A stretch of DNA of 64,000 bases, from assembly GCF_009834535.1 (NCBI RefSeq), contig NC_045696.1:26290001-26354000 (forward strand), read 5' to 3'. The notes beneath the pieces are model-generated. The model did no database searches and was not told where the DNA came from. It saw only the letters and a program-made list of their open reading frames with translations. A program made the translations under genes and the position numbers. This DNA comes from Camelus ferus (Eukaryota). This document shows, in pieces, positions 40,516-55,612 of the stretch (positions within the stretch are counted from its first letter, which is position 1; the number at the start of each line of letters is the position of its first letter).

Positions 40516-43094
40516 CCTCGGGGTGCTGGATGGAAACAGCTTTTTTCCATTTGGAATTGACGATTAGGAAGTGACAGTTTAGCAAATGCTTGCCTAGAGG
40601 TGTTACTTCTGTTAGAGAATCACAAAATACATATGTGTACTAAAGTACATCATAAAGATTTTATACTCTATCATAATGGCACTTATAAGCAATATACAAA
40701 TCCATTATATTATATCAAATAAACAAGTTCACATCTTTAAAAAAATTATTATTTTCCACTGCCCATTGAAATAGAATTTAAAACTATTCTATCTTTATTC
40801 TCACAGAATATTTTAACTTAATACATCTGTTTTCTTCTCAACAGTGTATCTGGGGGAAAAAAATACAAAGTCATGAGAAATACATCAGAAGCTAAAGAAA
40901 TGCTTGCCAATTGAATTAAGTAGTATGAGTAGAGGAGAAACATCTAGAACTGTGAACTCTTCTAGGGCACGATAGTTTAACTCATCTTTTCATCCTCATT
41001 GCCTAACAGTTCACAGGACACATTTGATTTTACTAAGAGAGAGGTTTTTATATTTAATGTTTTCTTGATGATATTTGATTAACACCAGTTCCATGGATAC
41101 TTATAAATTGGCAGGCAAGACTGAGTTCCAGACTGTATTTCCTACAAACATAGTTTTTTGTTTTTTTTTTTTTTTATATGTTGTAACAATCCCTCTGGGA
41201 AACTAGATATCCCCTCTAGTTCCACTTGCTGCTTGATCTAGATATTCAAGTCAACTGGTATGCACTGAAAGAGAAAGGGGAAAAACAAACAATAACTTCA
41301 GACCTTGTATTACAATGACAAGTTGAATGAATGATGATTATATCTTTGCTAGTGTGTGAAGAAGATACAGTTACCAAAAATAAGAGATAAGAAGATGCTT
41401 TCAAAGCATTTTAAGAATATATCCTACTCCACTACAGTAGAATCAATTATTGGTCCAAATCTATTTTAGTTGGTACATAGTATTAACTCATTGGATCGTC
41501 ATTCTAAAGACCGTATCGGGGAGAGGAGGCACTGAGGCACAGTAAACCTTGGCAAGATAGTAAAGTACTAGAAGTTTCTTCTGAGTAGGTAATTAATCAT
41601 ATAGATCTCTAGAATAGCCTTATGACAAAATCTTAGTGCAGAAATTTTGCTTGTTTTTCTTATGAGCATATCTGTCAAAATTACAAAGATTATTACAATA
41701 CCTTTCAACTCATTTCGTGAAATGCATAGGTGGTTGGAGCCTTTATAAATATCTGGTTCAGTATTCTGTGTCATTACAATTCATTCAACATATGGAATGT
41801 GCTATAAAAAATGTTAAATGAAAACACAAGTAGTCCATTCATTAACTCATATTTTCTAATAGTTTTGTCCAAATATTTACAGCACATACACAGAAACAAA
41901 AAAGGTCAATCAGGACTTTTACCTTTATTTGAGGGATTTCATAAAGAGAGTGAAAGAAAATATTTTGAACATAATTTATAGTAAGATATCAATTATCTCA
42001 AAGGAATAATAAAAATCTTAACTGTGGGCTAATAAAATACTGTATTTCAAGAATTATTTCAAAGGTAATCATAGACATTAGTTTCTATGCTCAACAAACA
42101 TTCTGTGTGTTGATATCCCAACATATAAGAAAGATGAGTTTGTTCTCAAGGATTTTAATTGAAGGTATGAGATATATATAATACATTAATTACTCAGTAA
42201 GGAAAATTATACTGCAAACAATCATAGACAACACTTCTTAGGGTTTCAGAAAATAAAAGCTCCTCTATTCCCATGTGCCACTAGAGATGGGTCTGAAAGA
42301 AAGAGTAGAATTTCTGTAAGTGGAAAGAAGACTATTCCAAGAGACGGACGCAGGATGAAAAAGCTTTGGTGGTGAACAGCGTAGGCCATCAATTAGTGGT
42401 TCCGTCTCCCTGGAGCGTAGCGGAGTGGCACTTAAGGCCAACAAGGTTAGTTGAGGCTTTAGAATGAAAGCCTCCAATTCCAAGTGAAGTGTTTATCCTG
42501 AACACAGTATGAAATGGGGATTCACTAAGCACATTGAATGGAAACATATTTTTGTTTCTATGTTTAGAAAATTGATTCTTACAAATTATATGTCATATAG
42601 CTTGAAGCAGAGAAAATTTGGAGGTAGGCATACCTGGTAGAAGTTGTTTAAAAGGTAGTTAGTGGATTACATTGAGTTTTTTTCCTGTGAATACACAAAC
42701 ATGGATATTAATGCAAGTGGCAATATAAGGAAGTTTTTTTTTTAATTAGAAATTTATTGTATGTCTGGGTTCATGGGAAAAAAAAGGGTTAAAAGTAATG
42801 CAGAGATTTATACTGAAGTTGGGTGTCTGAATGAATGATGTTGTCCTGAATAAGCAGAGAAATCAAAAAGATTTGTTTAACTTAAATCATTTTCAGTCGT
42901 ATAATAATAGCATATGTCACAGAATTCAAGTTAGAATGGTTTGTGAGATCCAACCATAATTTTCCCCCGAGTTAAGGAGAAAAAAATTGCCAAATCAACT
43001 ATGATATGCCATCTGTGGTAGATGACTTCTAATTTCAAAGATGCTAAAATATGAAAAAGGTATATCTTAAAGTTGATTAGCTATGGGAGTAGGA

Positions 43095-43280
43095 GCTAAT
43101 GCTTACAATGCGTTACATGCAAGTAACTCATTTAATCTTCACAATTGCCTCAAGAAATAGATATTTTTATACTCTCCTTTTTTTACAGTTGAAGTATCTG
43201 AGGGGCAAATGTTAGTGGCAGACAGAGATTTAAATTTGAGCACTTTAAGCTCTAAAGTCCACGCTCTTAACTGCTACACT
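43095..43280 (-). mobile_element. MIR SINE
   Basis: taactcatttaatcttcacaa...ttttacagttgaagtatctgagg...agtggcagacagagatttaaa...ctcttaactgctac. Confidence 0.75.
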
Positions 43281-43776
43281 AAAATAATTTTTTTAAAGAA
43301 AATTATATTAAGATAATAACAAACGCTATCCTTTTTCCAGGACCCGCATGCTGCATGTTAGGTTGTTACACATTTTACAGTTAATCTGCCTGGTCGTCTT
43401 GAAGGCATGAATCTCCTCTTTCACAGAGTAGGAACCTGGAGCTTAGAGATAATGAGCAAGGTGCTCAAGGTCATAGGACCCGGGGTGGTGGGGCTGGAGT
43501 CCAATCCCACGTCTCTCCAACATGAAAATTCAGCTTGTGCTCATTTCCCATTTTGGACCTGGAACACCCTTCATTTCGGGTTTCACTCAACAGTCGTTGG
43601 CTGTTTTGGTTTTTGTATTTCTGTGTAACCAAGAAAATAGCACTAAATTTATCATTATTGTAGTGGTTTCTCTGTCTGTCTCCTAAACTCCTCAACTCCC
43701 TTTGCCGTATTTATCTCAGTCTCAAGTATCCAGTTCTGCGTCTGGCTTGTGCTGCTCACCAAATGCACTTTTAGTG

Positions 43777-44002
43777 CAGTAGTTCTCAGCTGGGGCCAGT
43801 TATGCTTCTCGTGCTCACAGAGGGGCCTTTGGCAATGTCTGGAGGCATTTTTGATTGCTACATTTGGGGGATTAGGTGCTACTGTCGTCTAGGGGAGAGG
43901 CTAAGAATGCTGCTAAACATCCTGCTGTTATGCATAGGACAACTCCCACAGCAAAGAATCATCTGCCCAAAATGTAAATAGTGTTGAGGCTGAGAAAGCC
44001 AG
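43777..44002 (+). mobile_element. MER20 (hAT-Charlie) non-autonomous DNA transposon, full length
   Basis: cagtagttctca...tttggcaatgtctggaggcattttt...gtgctactg...atgctgctaaacatcct...cccaaaatgtaaatagtgttgaggctgagaaagccag. Flanked by the 8-bp near-duplication ttttagtg/atttagtg. Confidence 0.88.
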
Positions 44003-45654
44003 ATTTAGTGGAAAAGATAAATACTGTTTTTATATGATTTTAGTTTTTGTTCTTAATGTTAGGGGAAAAAATAGTAGAATATAGTTCAAAGAAAGAGAAT
44101 TCAAAGGTAATAATCTTTTCTTGTTGCCTTAGCTATGAAGGTTATACCAGGGAGATGGACAAATAGTAAGTACCATGATGGGGTTTGACATAAACATGTC
44201 ATCATTGAACACAAGAATAAGGCCTTTGGTTCCCTAATGACTTGAAATGAATGCATACTTTTTGCATATTTTCTAGAATATATGAGACAGGGAATTTTTC
44301 TTTATATTTCTTGCTCATTAAATAGTTGCTGAGTGGATAAAACTGGTTAAGAGTAGCTTAATTAGAGCAGTGTCTGAACCTGCATTTTCAAATAGACCTA
44401 CCAACCCACAGGTTGTGTGACACATTTAATGATGACAGGTGCTCCTATCTCATTATGTTGAATTTCTAAATTACTCCGTAAGCACATTTCACAAGGAAGT
44501 TTCTGAGGGTAGAAGGCAGGAGAAAGCCTTTGAATGTTCCATGGCACCACCCAGACTGAATATTCTCTGAGATTGCAGAAGCCTCCCCTGCACCTGGTGC
44601 TCACTTTGAACACAGATGAAGGAGACGTCTTGGAGTCTGTCCATCACATATTACAAGGCCACTAAGTAGATGACAAATTAAAAACAAAAATCATTTTACC
44701 CCAAACTTGAAGTCCCTTATTACACAGAGTTCATTCCCAACTCAGAAGAGATCGAGAAGAATGGGAGCTACTTATCAAAACATTCTCCTCTGAACTGTGA
44801 GTTCTGTAAACTCTTGAGGATTTAATCTCTAAAGTCTTTTTCTGAAAGGACTTAAAAGTTGAGATTAATTTCTAACCAAACACACACCTGTGAGATATAT
44901 CCACTTTTCCAAATCTGATGTTGCAATATCCAGTCCTGTAATTAAACCAAATTGCCTTCATTGCATTTATGCCAATAAAGTAATTATTTCTAAATTGAAG
45001 GATAATTTAACCTACCTCACCATTTTATTCATTACAACATGGTCTCTTAATTGTGATACATTTGCACTTCTTACCCTAAATTTTTGTGTTCTCATTAGTT
45101 AAAATAATACCTGCAATATTTTAGAATTATTTAAAAGTAATACATTTAAGGGATTGCAGATATTATTTGAATAACCTTACAAAGTTTAGTGAAAAAATTA
45201 TCACGAAGATGGTTGCATACTAAGGACAGTAATGAAAATAATTAAATGTTTATTTCGATATTATGAACCAAAGAAACATTTCAACATTTCTAGAATAATT
45301 TGAACTTGATCTTATATGAGAGTGGAAGGAAGAGTGCATGATTTTATGATATTCATACATAACTGAGATTTTTCTAGGCAAATGCAACAGAAAGGCATTT
45401 GGATGAGAAAAGTGAAGATATTGGGAAGCATCTTCTGTACCATGGAATCTAAGCAGGGTAGCGAATAAGTGTTGATACAAAGGACTGAGGAACCACCCAA
45501 GGCTATGCCAGATTAGAAATTTGAGCTTTTGATTTCAAAGGTGGAGCCATTCCAGTTGAGGGCAAGGTCCAGGATCTTGCTATGAAACAATAGCCAGGGG
45601 ATGGAGATAGTATCACTGGAGGAGGAGATCTGAGAGAAATGAGGGGCACGTATG

Positions 45655-45775
45655 AAAAGTCTTATGGTAACATTTATTGGGCATTTACTGTATGCCAGGT
45701 CCAGGTCTCAACACTCGAAATTTATGAACTCATTTAATCCTTATAACAGCCTTATGAAATACATTCTTATTAACT
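45655..45775 (-). mobile_element. MIR SINE fragment
   Basis: taacatttattgggcatttactgtatgccagg...aactcatttaatccttataacagccttatga. Confidence 0.7.
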
Positions 45776-48700
45776 GTCATCTTTGTCAAAGAGAAAGAAA
45801 TTCTAAATATTCCATTTCAAAACTGGATGACATGATTTCTGTTCAATGGAATAGGACTTTGTTTTGTTTTGTTCTGCTTTGTTTTTGTTTTTAAAATTTG
45901 CTTTGTTCATTTTGAGGATAAGTTACTCCTTTAAAAAATATTTATTGAGAAACTGCTCCATGTCAGGCTCTGGGTAATTATTTGCAATGTCTGGGAAGAT
46001 GTACTTTCTTTCTTTCTTCCTTCACCCTGAACACAAACCTTCAGGAAAGAGCTAGGTTTCCATTAGGGCAAGGAGAAGAAGGTAGAAATCTGAGAAACAG
46101 AGGATAAGGAAGTTTTATAAATCAGTAAACAGGTAGTTCAGAAGGCACAGTGAAAAGTTTTGTGGAGAGGTCCACAAAAAATTGTGAGAGGTTACATCAG
46201 AGGAGACAAAATTCAGTGCAGAGGAGGTGAACATGAGGGACTAAGATGACAAGAGAAGATGGGAACTTGGATGGTGACCAAGGATAACAGGCTGTGAACT
46301 TCATGGATGTCCACAGATCTGTCAAGAGAGTTAATCCTTGGAGTCTCCAGTGTCTGTCATAGATATAGAAGATGGGAGAGACAGGGAGACTCAAAAGACG
46401 ACCATATCCTCAGTGGTTAAAACTTGGAGGCACTTCTAGTTTGGGGTGAGCAGGGTGCTTTGGACTTTCTGGAAGGGCTCAGCTGTGGTTTGGTTTAATT
46501 GCCTGATCTCCAGAGAGGGCTGTGGTTCCAAGATGGTCGGTGTCTGGGATCCCTGGCAGTGGTTGGATGCATTGTCTTTTGGGCTTAGTTATCCTGTGAT
46601 CTGAAATCAGCCTTTTATTAAATCAACTATTGTTACACTATTGTGGGTATTTTGGCCATCTTTTTGTTTGTTTATTTTCTCTTAGCTATTTAGTTGGAAA
46701 ATGCCATGCTCTCTCAGCTGTGCTGAGTCTTAGAGAGACTAGTAGAGGGGTTTTTCATCAATGGGTCAAGCTTACAAGGATAGAGTCACCTATGACTGCG
46801 GTGGAGATACGGGTAGCATTTAGGGAAAGCCAAAAAAGGATACAATATTGTCTGGTCAATTAAGACAGAGTCAGAATGCCGTCATGTTTCAAGTTTCATT
46901 TTGGCTTTCAGCACAAGCTTCCAGAACAGAACAGCAAGTTATTTTCGGAGAACACTGTGTCTCTTACTATTTCCCTATAAGTCTAATCTCCCAAGATTCT
47001 TGTGTCCTTTCCTTCCTCAATGAGTGTTACGTTAATTTTCATTTTTTAAAGGACATCTGTTCTTCACTGCTCTTAGGTGCCCTGCCCAGAAATGCTTGTG
47101 ACCAGAACCCTGAAAAAATAAAGATTTCTTCACCCAAACTATAAACATTAGCCTGCATTATAATCGTAGGTAAAAAGAAAATGTTACTCACGTAGGCTGT
47201 AGAGTACAGGAAACTTCACTTGATAGCCCTTTGCCGGCAAAATAATGGCCTCTTGTGTTCATTTCAGGGTCCCAGATCTCAACTGTGATTTAAAAGCTTG
47301 ACTTTAGGATGTATCTTAACTGTTAAAGACGAAGAAAATATCGCTGGGGATTTAGGCTACCAAGAAGTGCTTATGTGATTTTTAATAACAATTTCAAGTA
47401 TTATCGGTGGGAGGATTTTGTTTTATTTGAAATATTGTGAGCAGAGAGATTGTTTTAGGGAAATTGATCACCTCTTCCTACTTTCAACTGCCAAGAATGA
47501 AAGAAGCAAAAGATTTAAGTTTCTCCAAGAAGGTTTATGTTTTATAGAAGAGTGCCTTAAATTCAGTTATGAGTTGTTAAAATGCACTCATTTTTAGCTT
47601 GAAAAACATTACTGAATTCTAAAGGACTGGATCTCCATGTTCCCTGAAACCCACATAGTGGTATTGATGAGGTAATAGGTGTGTCTCTAATTATCAGTGA
47701 ATGATTCCATAGGATTAATAAGTAATTTTTATCCTAAAAATCCTTCTGTTGGAAAGCAAGGCAATAGAGTTTGTAACATTTTCATGTAAGAGCTCCACAG
47801 TTAAATTTTTATTGAATTTGGAACTACAGAATGCCTTTTATTGCAGATATTTATTTTCTGAAAGAATCTAAAAGGTGTAAGGTGATCTTTAGCTATTTGG
47901 ATAGAGTGCAAGTATTTTGAAAATTAAAAACAAACATTTCAAGTCTCCCTAAAAGGAAAAAAAACATTTACTTGTGTAGACATTAAATGTTTCCTGGTTC
48001 AATTCATGGTTTTTACAATTGGCCAACCTAATGATTAATAAAGCAGATACAAAATAAAAATTTAAGTGCTAATTCAAAACACTTGTTCTAGAATTGGAGC
48101 CAGACATCTTATAATAAGAAGAAGTAGGTGATTTCAAAAACTAAAAATGCTGAGAAAATAAATTTCCTTCCGTGAAAAACAAAGGTGCTTTTGAGATGAG
48201 AACAGCCATTCAGGAAGTTTTATTAGTTTAGAGCCCTCACATAATTCAAACAAGGCAATGAGATACAGGGACTTGAACCGACATGGTAAAATTCTAGCTT
48301 GTAATAGAAAATGTAGTATATTTTCTTTCATTCTTTTCTCCTCCCAAATTCTATAGCTGTTGTGGAAGTTTTGGAGGGGGCGGTCCCCGAATTATCTTAA
48401 TTATTTTCATAAAAGCCAGAAAAATCATAAGAAGTTCCTACCCTAGAAGCCTGAGATGCATTGGGGATTGCAGCATATGAGAAATGTATAAAACATAGTT
48501 ATGTTGTAAAATTTTGCCAGTTTCAAAAATTATGCTTGAGATTTTCAATGTGAATTTAGATTTATAGGAAATTTTTCCACTAGTTATGAGTGAAAGTTTC
48601 TTCAGGAGGAAGAAATAAAATAGATTCTTTCATTTAATTTTGGAACTGATTTTAGCATGTAGTCCTCTGCTTCTTAAAGATCAATAATATTTTCTCTTTT

Positions 48701-50094
48701 GAGACACTTTTAAGATTATTAAATAGAAGATCACACACAAACAGAACCTTGCATACAAACTATTGTTTTAAGTATTAAAAGAAATTTACTTTGTTTTGTT
48801 TATTATTTAGCCAAACAGATGGTAATGGTTTTGACACAATTCAGTTCCCTTTTTCTTTTTTTTTTTTTTCCTTTGGGAAAAAAATAACAGAAAAACCATA
48901 GCTTCTTTTCCCACTTTGTCACAGCTGGTTACCAATCAATCTCAATTCACGGTACAGTGATGATAGCACATGTTGTCTGGGGGCCAAATCTGATTGGGTT
49001 GCATTTTTCAGCACTGTTTCATATCAGAAAAAAAAGGTATCTTTATAGTGGGGACTGTCAGCACATGATTGTACAACTGTCATTAATCAAACCTGGCAAC
49101 AATGACTGCATTTATACAAGGCTGAGACTGGCAGATTTCACCATCAAAATCACCCCATTTCTGTTAGGATTTCCTCACCAGTAATGTTTTTTCATCTGTT
49201 TCTTTTTTTTTCCTTATTTTTAATTAAAGTCAGACAACACCTTCTACGTGTTGATCATATATAATATTCTACATTTAAAAAGTAGCTGTTTGATACCAAA
49301 GTATGCTCCAGTTACCAAAAATTTATTTTCTACTATGTAAAGAAGGCCAAGAGAAGATCTGGGCAAAATTTAGGTACATTAGATTTTTAAATAAAAGAAT
49401 AATTTTAAAGTGTGTATACATTGGGAAACACATTTATTAACCTCCTAGGATTGCAGTTGGTTTTAGAATAATGCTGAGAAAAATAATGATAAAGTTAGTT
49501 TCTGGCGTTTTGAAGACTCTGAGCACAGAGTCTGATACAGAAATACATACCTCCCTGGCCAGTGCACATGCACACTGAGCAATAAACACACACATCGAAT
49601 GGAAAAGTCATGTTACTCTGTTAGAAAAATAAATGGACTTGCTGCAGAGGACACCAGTTCCAGCCTCTCTGTAACTCAAGACAACAATCTCAGCTTCTTT
49701 TTCCATAAAATGGTGTTTGGAAATAGGCATTTTTCTCCAAGTCTTTTATTGTTGTGAAGTCATACATTAAGCTTGGTTGTAAATAGCTCTTGAAATATAA
49801 GGAACTATCATTTATAATTATTCATATTACTTAGTCAATATTTGCTTTCTAGGGGAAAATGAATATTTTCCCAATTATCCAATCTAATAGTGTAAAGCAT
49901 CAGTGAGATTACTGTTAGGCAGGTACCAATTTATCTGCAAAGAAATACAAGAAATAAGGCCATGGACCTGTGGAAATGTTTGACATCTAATTGCTTGTGA
50001 AATATGTACTTTTAGGAAGCAAATTACTGTCTCAGAGAAATCATGACCGGTTAGAGAAAGCAGAGACTGGTAGTAGATACTCACGACAGTTTTT

Positions 50095-50235
50095 CCCCCG
50101 GACTCTAATTGCCTCAATGTGTGTGGCCTTGGGGAAAGGACTTTGCCATATTTGCCTCAGATTGCCTAAATGTAAAAATAGCAATGGGCCAAATATTTAC
50201 TTCTTTCTGGGTTTTGAAGTTATTTAGATGTAACT
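50095..50235 (+). mobile_element. MIR SINE fragment
   Basis: tgtgtggccttggggaaagg...tttgcctcagattgcctaaatgtaaaaatag. Confidence 0.6.
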
Positions 50236-52149
50236 TCTTTAAAACCAAATTCTCATTTTTTTCTTAAATTTTCACAGATAAAGGCTACTTTGATCACAAT
50301 TTCATTTTTCTGGCCTGAGAGTCATCTTATTCTGAAAACCAATAAAGATACCATGATATGCTTCGATCTCCTGGGATGTGGGTACTGTCAGGATTCAGGC
50401 TGGAGACTGGCACGGTGTTCAGTAATGTTGGAAGGAGCAGTAGGTCTCCAGTTGTACAGTTGTTCAGACTTGTGTAGGCAGAGTGATGAAAGAGAAAGTG
50501 TGTACTTTGGAGAAAGACAGACCTTGATTTGAAAATCCAAATTTCTATGTGAAAATGTCAAAATTGTAAATGGTATCAGTTATTCCAATAACTTAAAAAC
50601 ATTAGTGAGCCGAAACACAAACACACACATAGACACACACACACAGCTTGCTCTCAGGCAGATTTCAGTCCACAAATGAGCAAATTGTAATTATAAATTT
50701 ATAGTATCTAGTGTAAATTTCTGTATCCAGACCATGAGGCCTAAATTATAATAACATCTCTGCCACTAAAAGCTTAATTGTGACATTGAGCATTTAGTCA
50801 TTGACCCTATTAAGGAAAACTTTGTGGGAGCAGTTTCCATTTTGGTAGTATACCCACTGCTTACTTTAATTTCCCTTTGTAGATTCATACATCATGATTT
50901 GAAAAATTGGATCTTTATGCTGTCTCTTTGTAGAAAGTTGTAACCTCTGTAATACAGCTGGTAAAGAGTATGCTAGGTTTTGAATATGGTCTAAACTTTT
51001 GCTACCAATGAATTCCAAGACTCTGGATAACAAAGTGCTATTTTTCTAATCTTAAAATTAGGGCATTAGAGTAGACTCAATTTTTTTTTTCAATTTTTGC
51101 TTTGTCTCAGAATTTATTATCTGCTGGTTTCTTGGAATAACCAGTTTCCATGTATTTCCTTATAATTGCATGACTAAATGGCCTTTGCCCCTCTTATTCT
51201 AGAGGTATTTTATTTAGGTTTCAAGTGTTCTCCTTTAACATTGATATTTTAGGAATTGCTGGATATTTCCATGTTCACTGATTCGTGTTCTTCGTGGTTT
51301 TCTAGCCTTAAACGATATTCTTCTAAAGTTATTATTTTTACACATGAAGAGTTCAAGTTTATGTATGTCACCTTTTCAATTTTTATACCTGTAATTCCTT
51401 TCTTGATAAACAGAAAGTAAAACTGAATATAATATTCCAGATTCCACTATGCCATATTTTATAACAGTATAAAAATAAACTGTATACTTTCAGGTTGAAG
51501 TTTATATGCCTAAATTTTCTAATTTTTAAAATAGAGGACAAACAGTTTTCCTCCTTACCTATCAGAATTGTCATTAGAATAATGTAAATAGTATATTTGA
51601 GTACATATGCAAATACATTTTTATTGTCATTATTTTTTTTCAATAACACCTGTGATTAGAAATCACCATAGTTGCCAAAACAATGAGTTAATATTTCAAA
51701 AGCAGCAAAACTCAAATCTTTACTTTGTTCTCCTATAGTCTTCATATTTGTTTTAAATATTCTTCTAGAATTATTTCATTTATTTTGGTGCAGAGAGAGA
51801 TTATTTTTTCATGTTACTGATTTACAGAGGGAAATTTATAATGATAATATGTAAATCAAATGTCTAGATTGCTGGTCAGGATTTGCTGATTTCTTTATTT
51901 TAGCTCCATCTCCATAGTAGCATTTGTGTATTAAATATTCTGAGCCTTAACATTTACAGTATTTTGTTGATATAACCTACATTTCAGAGCTAACTGCTGA
52001 TATATAAACCTAACAACATTACTTTGTTTCTCAGTGTAATAGAGTGCTATATTTCAAATTAGTTGGCCTTTCCATTCTTCATACAATTGTTTTACTAATA
52101 ACTGTGCTATGAAATAACTGCCAAAGAATTTTAAGCATCTGTTGGATGT

Positions 52150-52725
52150 TTCATCATTCATTAAAAGCCATTCTTCGAGCACATCCAGGATCTCAGGTGC
52201 TGTCTGGTGGAGCTTGGGGTGTATATTTTGGAAAAAGGGAGAACCAGTTCTTGTTCTCATGGAGCATACATGCTCCTGGAAACTAGAAGACAATAAATCA
52301 GCTAACAAAAATGTGATAGAGAAAGTTAAAAAGTACTAAAAGTAAAAGAAATGAAAACAAAGAATAAAAACAAATAAGAGTAATTTTAAAAGGTTTCTGG
52401 TGGGCAGAGAGCTACTTTACATTGTTTGCGCAAGAAGACATCTTTGAGGGAATATTTGATCTATCTTAAAAGTCAGGAATGATTGGCCCTGAAAAATGAA
52501 GGGCATTCCATGAAGTTACAATAGAAGAACAGACACACTGGTAATTAGGCAGTTACGTTGAGCAAATTAAAAAAAGGACCATGTGGTTTAAAGAGGATGA
52601 ATGAGAAGTTGGACAGATTATCCAAAATCTCGAAAACCATAGAAATAAATTTTATTCTAAGTGACTGAATGAGAAGTCATTGGATAGTTTCAAACAATGA
52701 AGCAACATACCAAATTTAGGTAAAT
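52150..52725 (-). mobile_element. L2 LINE 3' fragment
   Basis: ttcatcattcatt...cttgttctcatggagcataca...agacaataaa...ttttattctaagtga...gagaagtcattggatagtttcaa. Confidence 0.6.
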
Positions 52726-55359
52726 TAATCAGCGAAGCTTTTATTCTCCTTTAAACCCTTAGATTGAATAACTGCTATTATGTTATATATAGTTTGTTGT
52801 TGTTAGAAATAGTTGACATAAAAATAACATAATTCATAGGATACCTAAAATTCAAAAGGCTGTCTTGCATGAGAGAGTGTGTATTTTTCTGGCTGGCACA
52901 AGGAGTAATAGCATTAGTAGAAACTTCTGGAAGGAATGTTTTGTTTCATCATATATAGAAGATAATAGAGATGTTCAAAGATGGAAGAAGTCACTCATCC
53001 TATAAATAGGCTGGAAGACTGGTTGGTAGATTGTTGCAGACAGGAGTCAAGTGTTGATGAATGGTTGCCAAAGGTGAGCTTTTTAAAGTTTCTCTTAACA
53101 GAGGCAGTCAATCATTTTATATATATTTAAAGTATTTTTGATATAAATCCATAATGCTCATAATATTCACAATCTCTCCTTAGGCAAAGATCCAATGAAA
53201 ATGAGAACTTAAAAAGTTCTGAGCACCCCAATAACTGAGAATCCTGGAAGTGTGTTTGTTTTTCTTTGTTTTTAAATTTCAACACCCCTGTATAGTAAGA
53301 CCTCACAGGACTAGTGTATTGCAGCAGTTATTTCTAATTGGGAAAAGATAGCACTGTGCTCAGAAATGTGTGCATATCAAACCTTAGGACCAGGGTAACT
53401 TGTGCTTTAGCTACAGAAAGCCTTAAAGGTGGTTCTGATCCACACTTATGTCAAGGCAGACCTTATGCCTTCCATCTGAGAATCATTTCCCTAGGCTCGA
53501 AGCCCTGTGAAGGCATGTATCCCCAGCTTTTAATGCAATGTCTGGCATGTTGGAGACATGTCGTAAGAATTTCTTAAATAAAATAGACCTTCATTATAAT
53601 CTCCAATTTCAAGGATCTTTAAGGGGAAATTAAAATGAGATAATGCTCAGTGAGCATCTACTAATTCCCATGAACCACACAAGGCACTTTACATGCAGGA
53701 GCATTAAACTTACCATCCTAAAACCTCTTCTACTACAAAGCTTACCTTTCTCACTGCAGCTGAGCTCATTACTTGGGTTCATGTACTCTCTGTACCTAGC
53801 TGGAGTCCTATAGATATTCTAAAATTACCTTTGTACCTCCAGACCATTGTTCTTACTCAACTTTTACAGTCTATATCTGAAACTTTGTCACAGAGTTTTA
53901 AAAAAAGGAAATGTACTATTTGCTTGTAAAGGTATGCTATCTTTGAAAGGTAGTCCCTTTTATTAGCAGCTAAGATTAACTCAATTGATGCCTCCCAAGC
54001 AATATTTCATTTTTAGTTTTTCCTATGGAAACAAAAATTGCAATCATAGTGTAGAATGCAGAATTACTTGTATTTCTGATCAGGGAACCCAAAACAACCA
54101 AAAAGTTAAAATTCTATATATATAAGTTGTATATAATTATACACACACACACACACACAATGCAATGTTCCTATTACTATTCTTGACACTCTTTCACACT
54201 CCTTAAAAAAAAGAGGGAGAAATTTTGGCAAGTGAGATTTCAGATTTCTTTTGGGCTCAAATATTATGTAATCAGTAATTTTTAATTGAACACTTTTTCT
54301 TACTAGAGCCAGACATAAATAGCTCTCACGTTGTCTCTGTCTCCCATGGTGTTGCCTATATAAGTGACTTTATCTAACCTGAAGTGAAATTTTGCCACAA
54401 GGTGTAACTAAATGTTTGCTCAATGTGAAATTATATTTCTATTCAAATGATGTAAATAATGTGGCTTGTGTGTCTTAAGTTAACATTAAAAGAGTAAACT
54501 AAGTATTTTGCAGTGGGGAAGGGGTACCACAGAGCAAGGGGAAAAATGCCAGGTTGAGAGTCAGATCAAGGTTTGAATTCTTTGGTTTTTCTCTTTAGTG
54601 GCAAACTGACTTTGAGCAAATAATTTCACTGACTAACGGTCAGTTTCCTCAACTGTTAAATGACTATTTCTGTGAAATGTGCTAATGTGTGTGAATCTTT
54701 TTTTTTTTTTAATGGTGAGGCAATATACAATTTCTGATTTTGTGTCCTCAATGAGAAATCAGAATTAATGTACAATATAAGTATCTTTAATTTACATAGA
54801 ATAATTTTTCATGTGTGTTTGATCCAGAAAGGACTTTATAAATTAAGTTTATTTTTCCCTCTTTTAGCTTTTGAGAAAACTCAGAGTGATGAAGAGACTT
54901 TTCAAAAGTCAAACAAGAACTAGAGATAAAACTATAGCCAGAATTCAGTTTTTTGAGATGAATTAGAAATGTCTGCAAAATATGTTGTTTTTATTCAGTG
55001 TTTATAACTTAGAGCTAAACATGTCATGTAGAATATAGGTTAACTGCAGGAAACATTTTTGTTAGACATTAAATATATCACCAGCAACTTTTCTGAAGTT
55101 ATCATCCAAATCATTATTTCTCACGTTTTTAATTGGCAAAGTTAAGCAGAGAAAGTTTCTGTGTAATGTTACTCTCTCATGCATCTCAGTCGAATACTTG
55201 CCCCAGATTCTACATATAGCCCATGAGAAAGCCCTAAGAGATAAATATGGCAAATTTGCTGTCTTGCAGTCATTCACAATTGGTTGACCTTTATATCAGC
55301 AAGAAATGATACTCATCATGCATTCAACCAATATTTCTTGAGCTCCTAGTAAGTGTAAT

Positions 55360-55612
55360 AAAAATAGCTAACATGTATTGTGCTTTCTGTGTGCCACTTT
55401 TATGCACTTGATAAGTAATATCTCCTTTAAAGCTCATATCCAATCCATAAGATAGGTGTTATCATCAGCATGTTTTGCTAGTGAGGAATTGAGACCTAGG
55501 GAAGTTAAGTATTTTGTCCACCGTTACAAGCATAGGAGGAGGCAGAACTCAAGATGAAAGCTCTGGCTGTTTGACTGTAGAGTCTGCGCTCCTAATCCCT
55601 TGGTTATGCTAC
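55360..55612 (-). mobile_element. MIR SINE, near full length
   Basis: aatagctaacatgtattgtgct...gtgaggaattgagacctagggaagttaagta...ctgtttgactgtagagtctgcgctcctaa. Confidence 0.8.
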
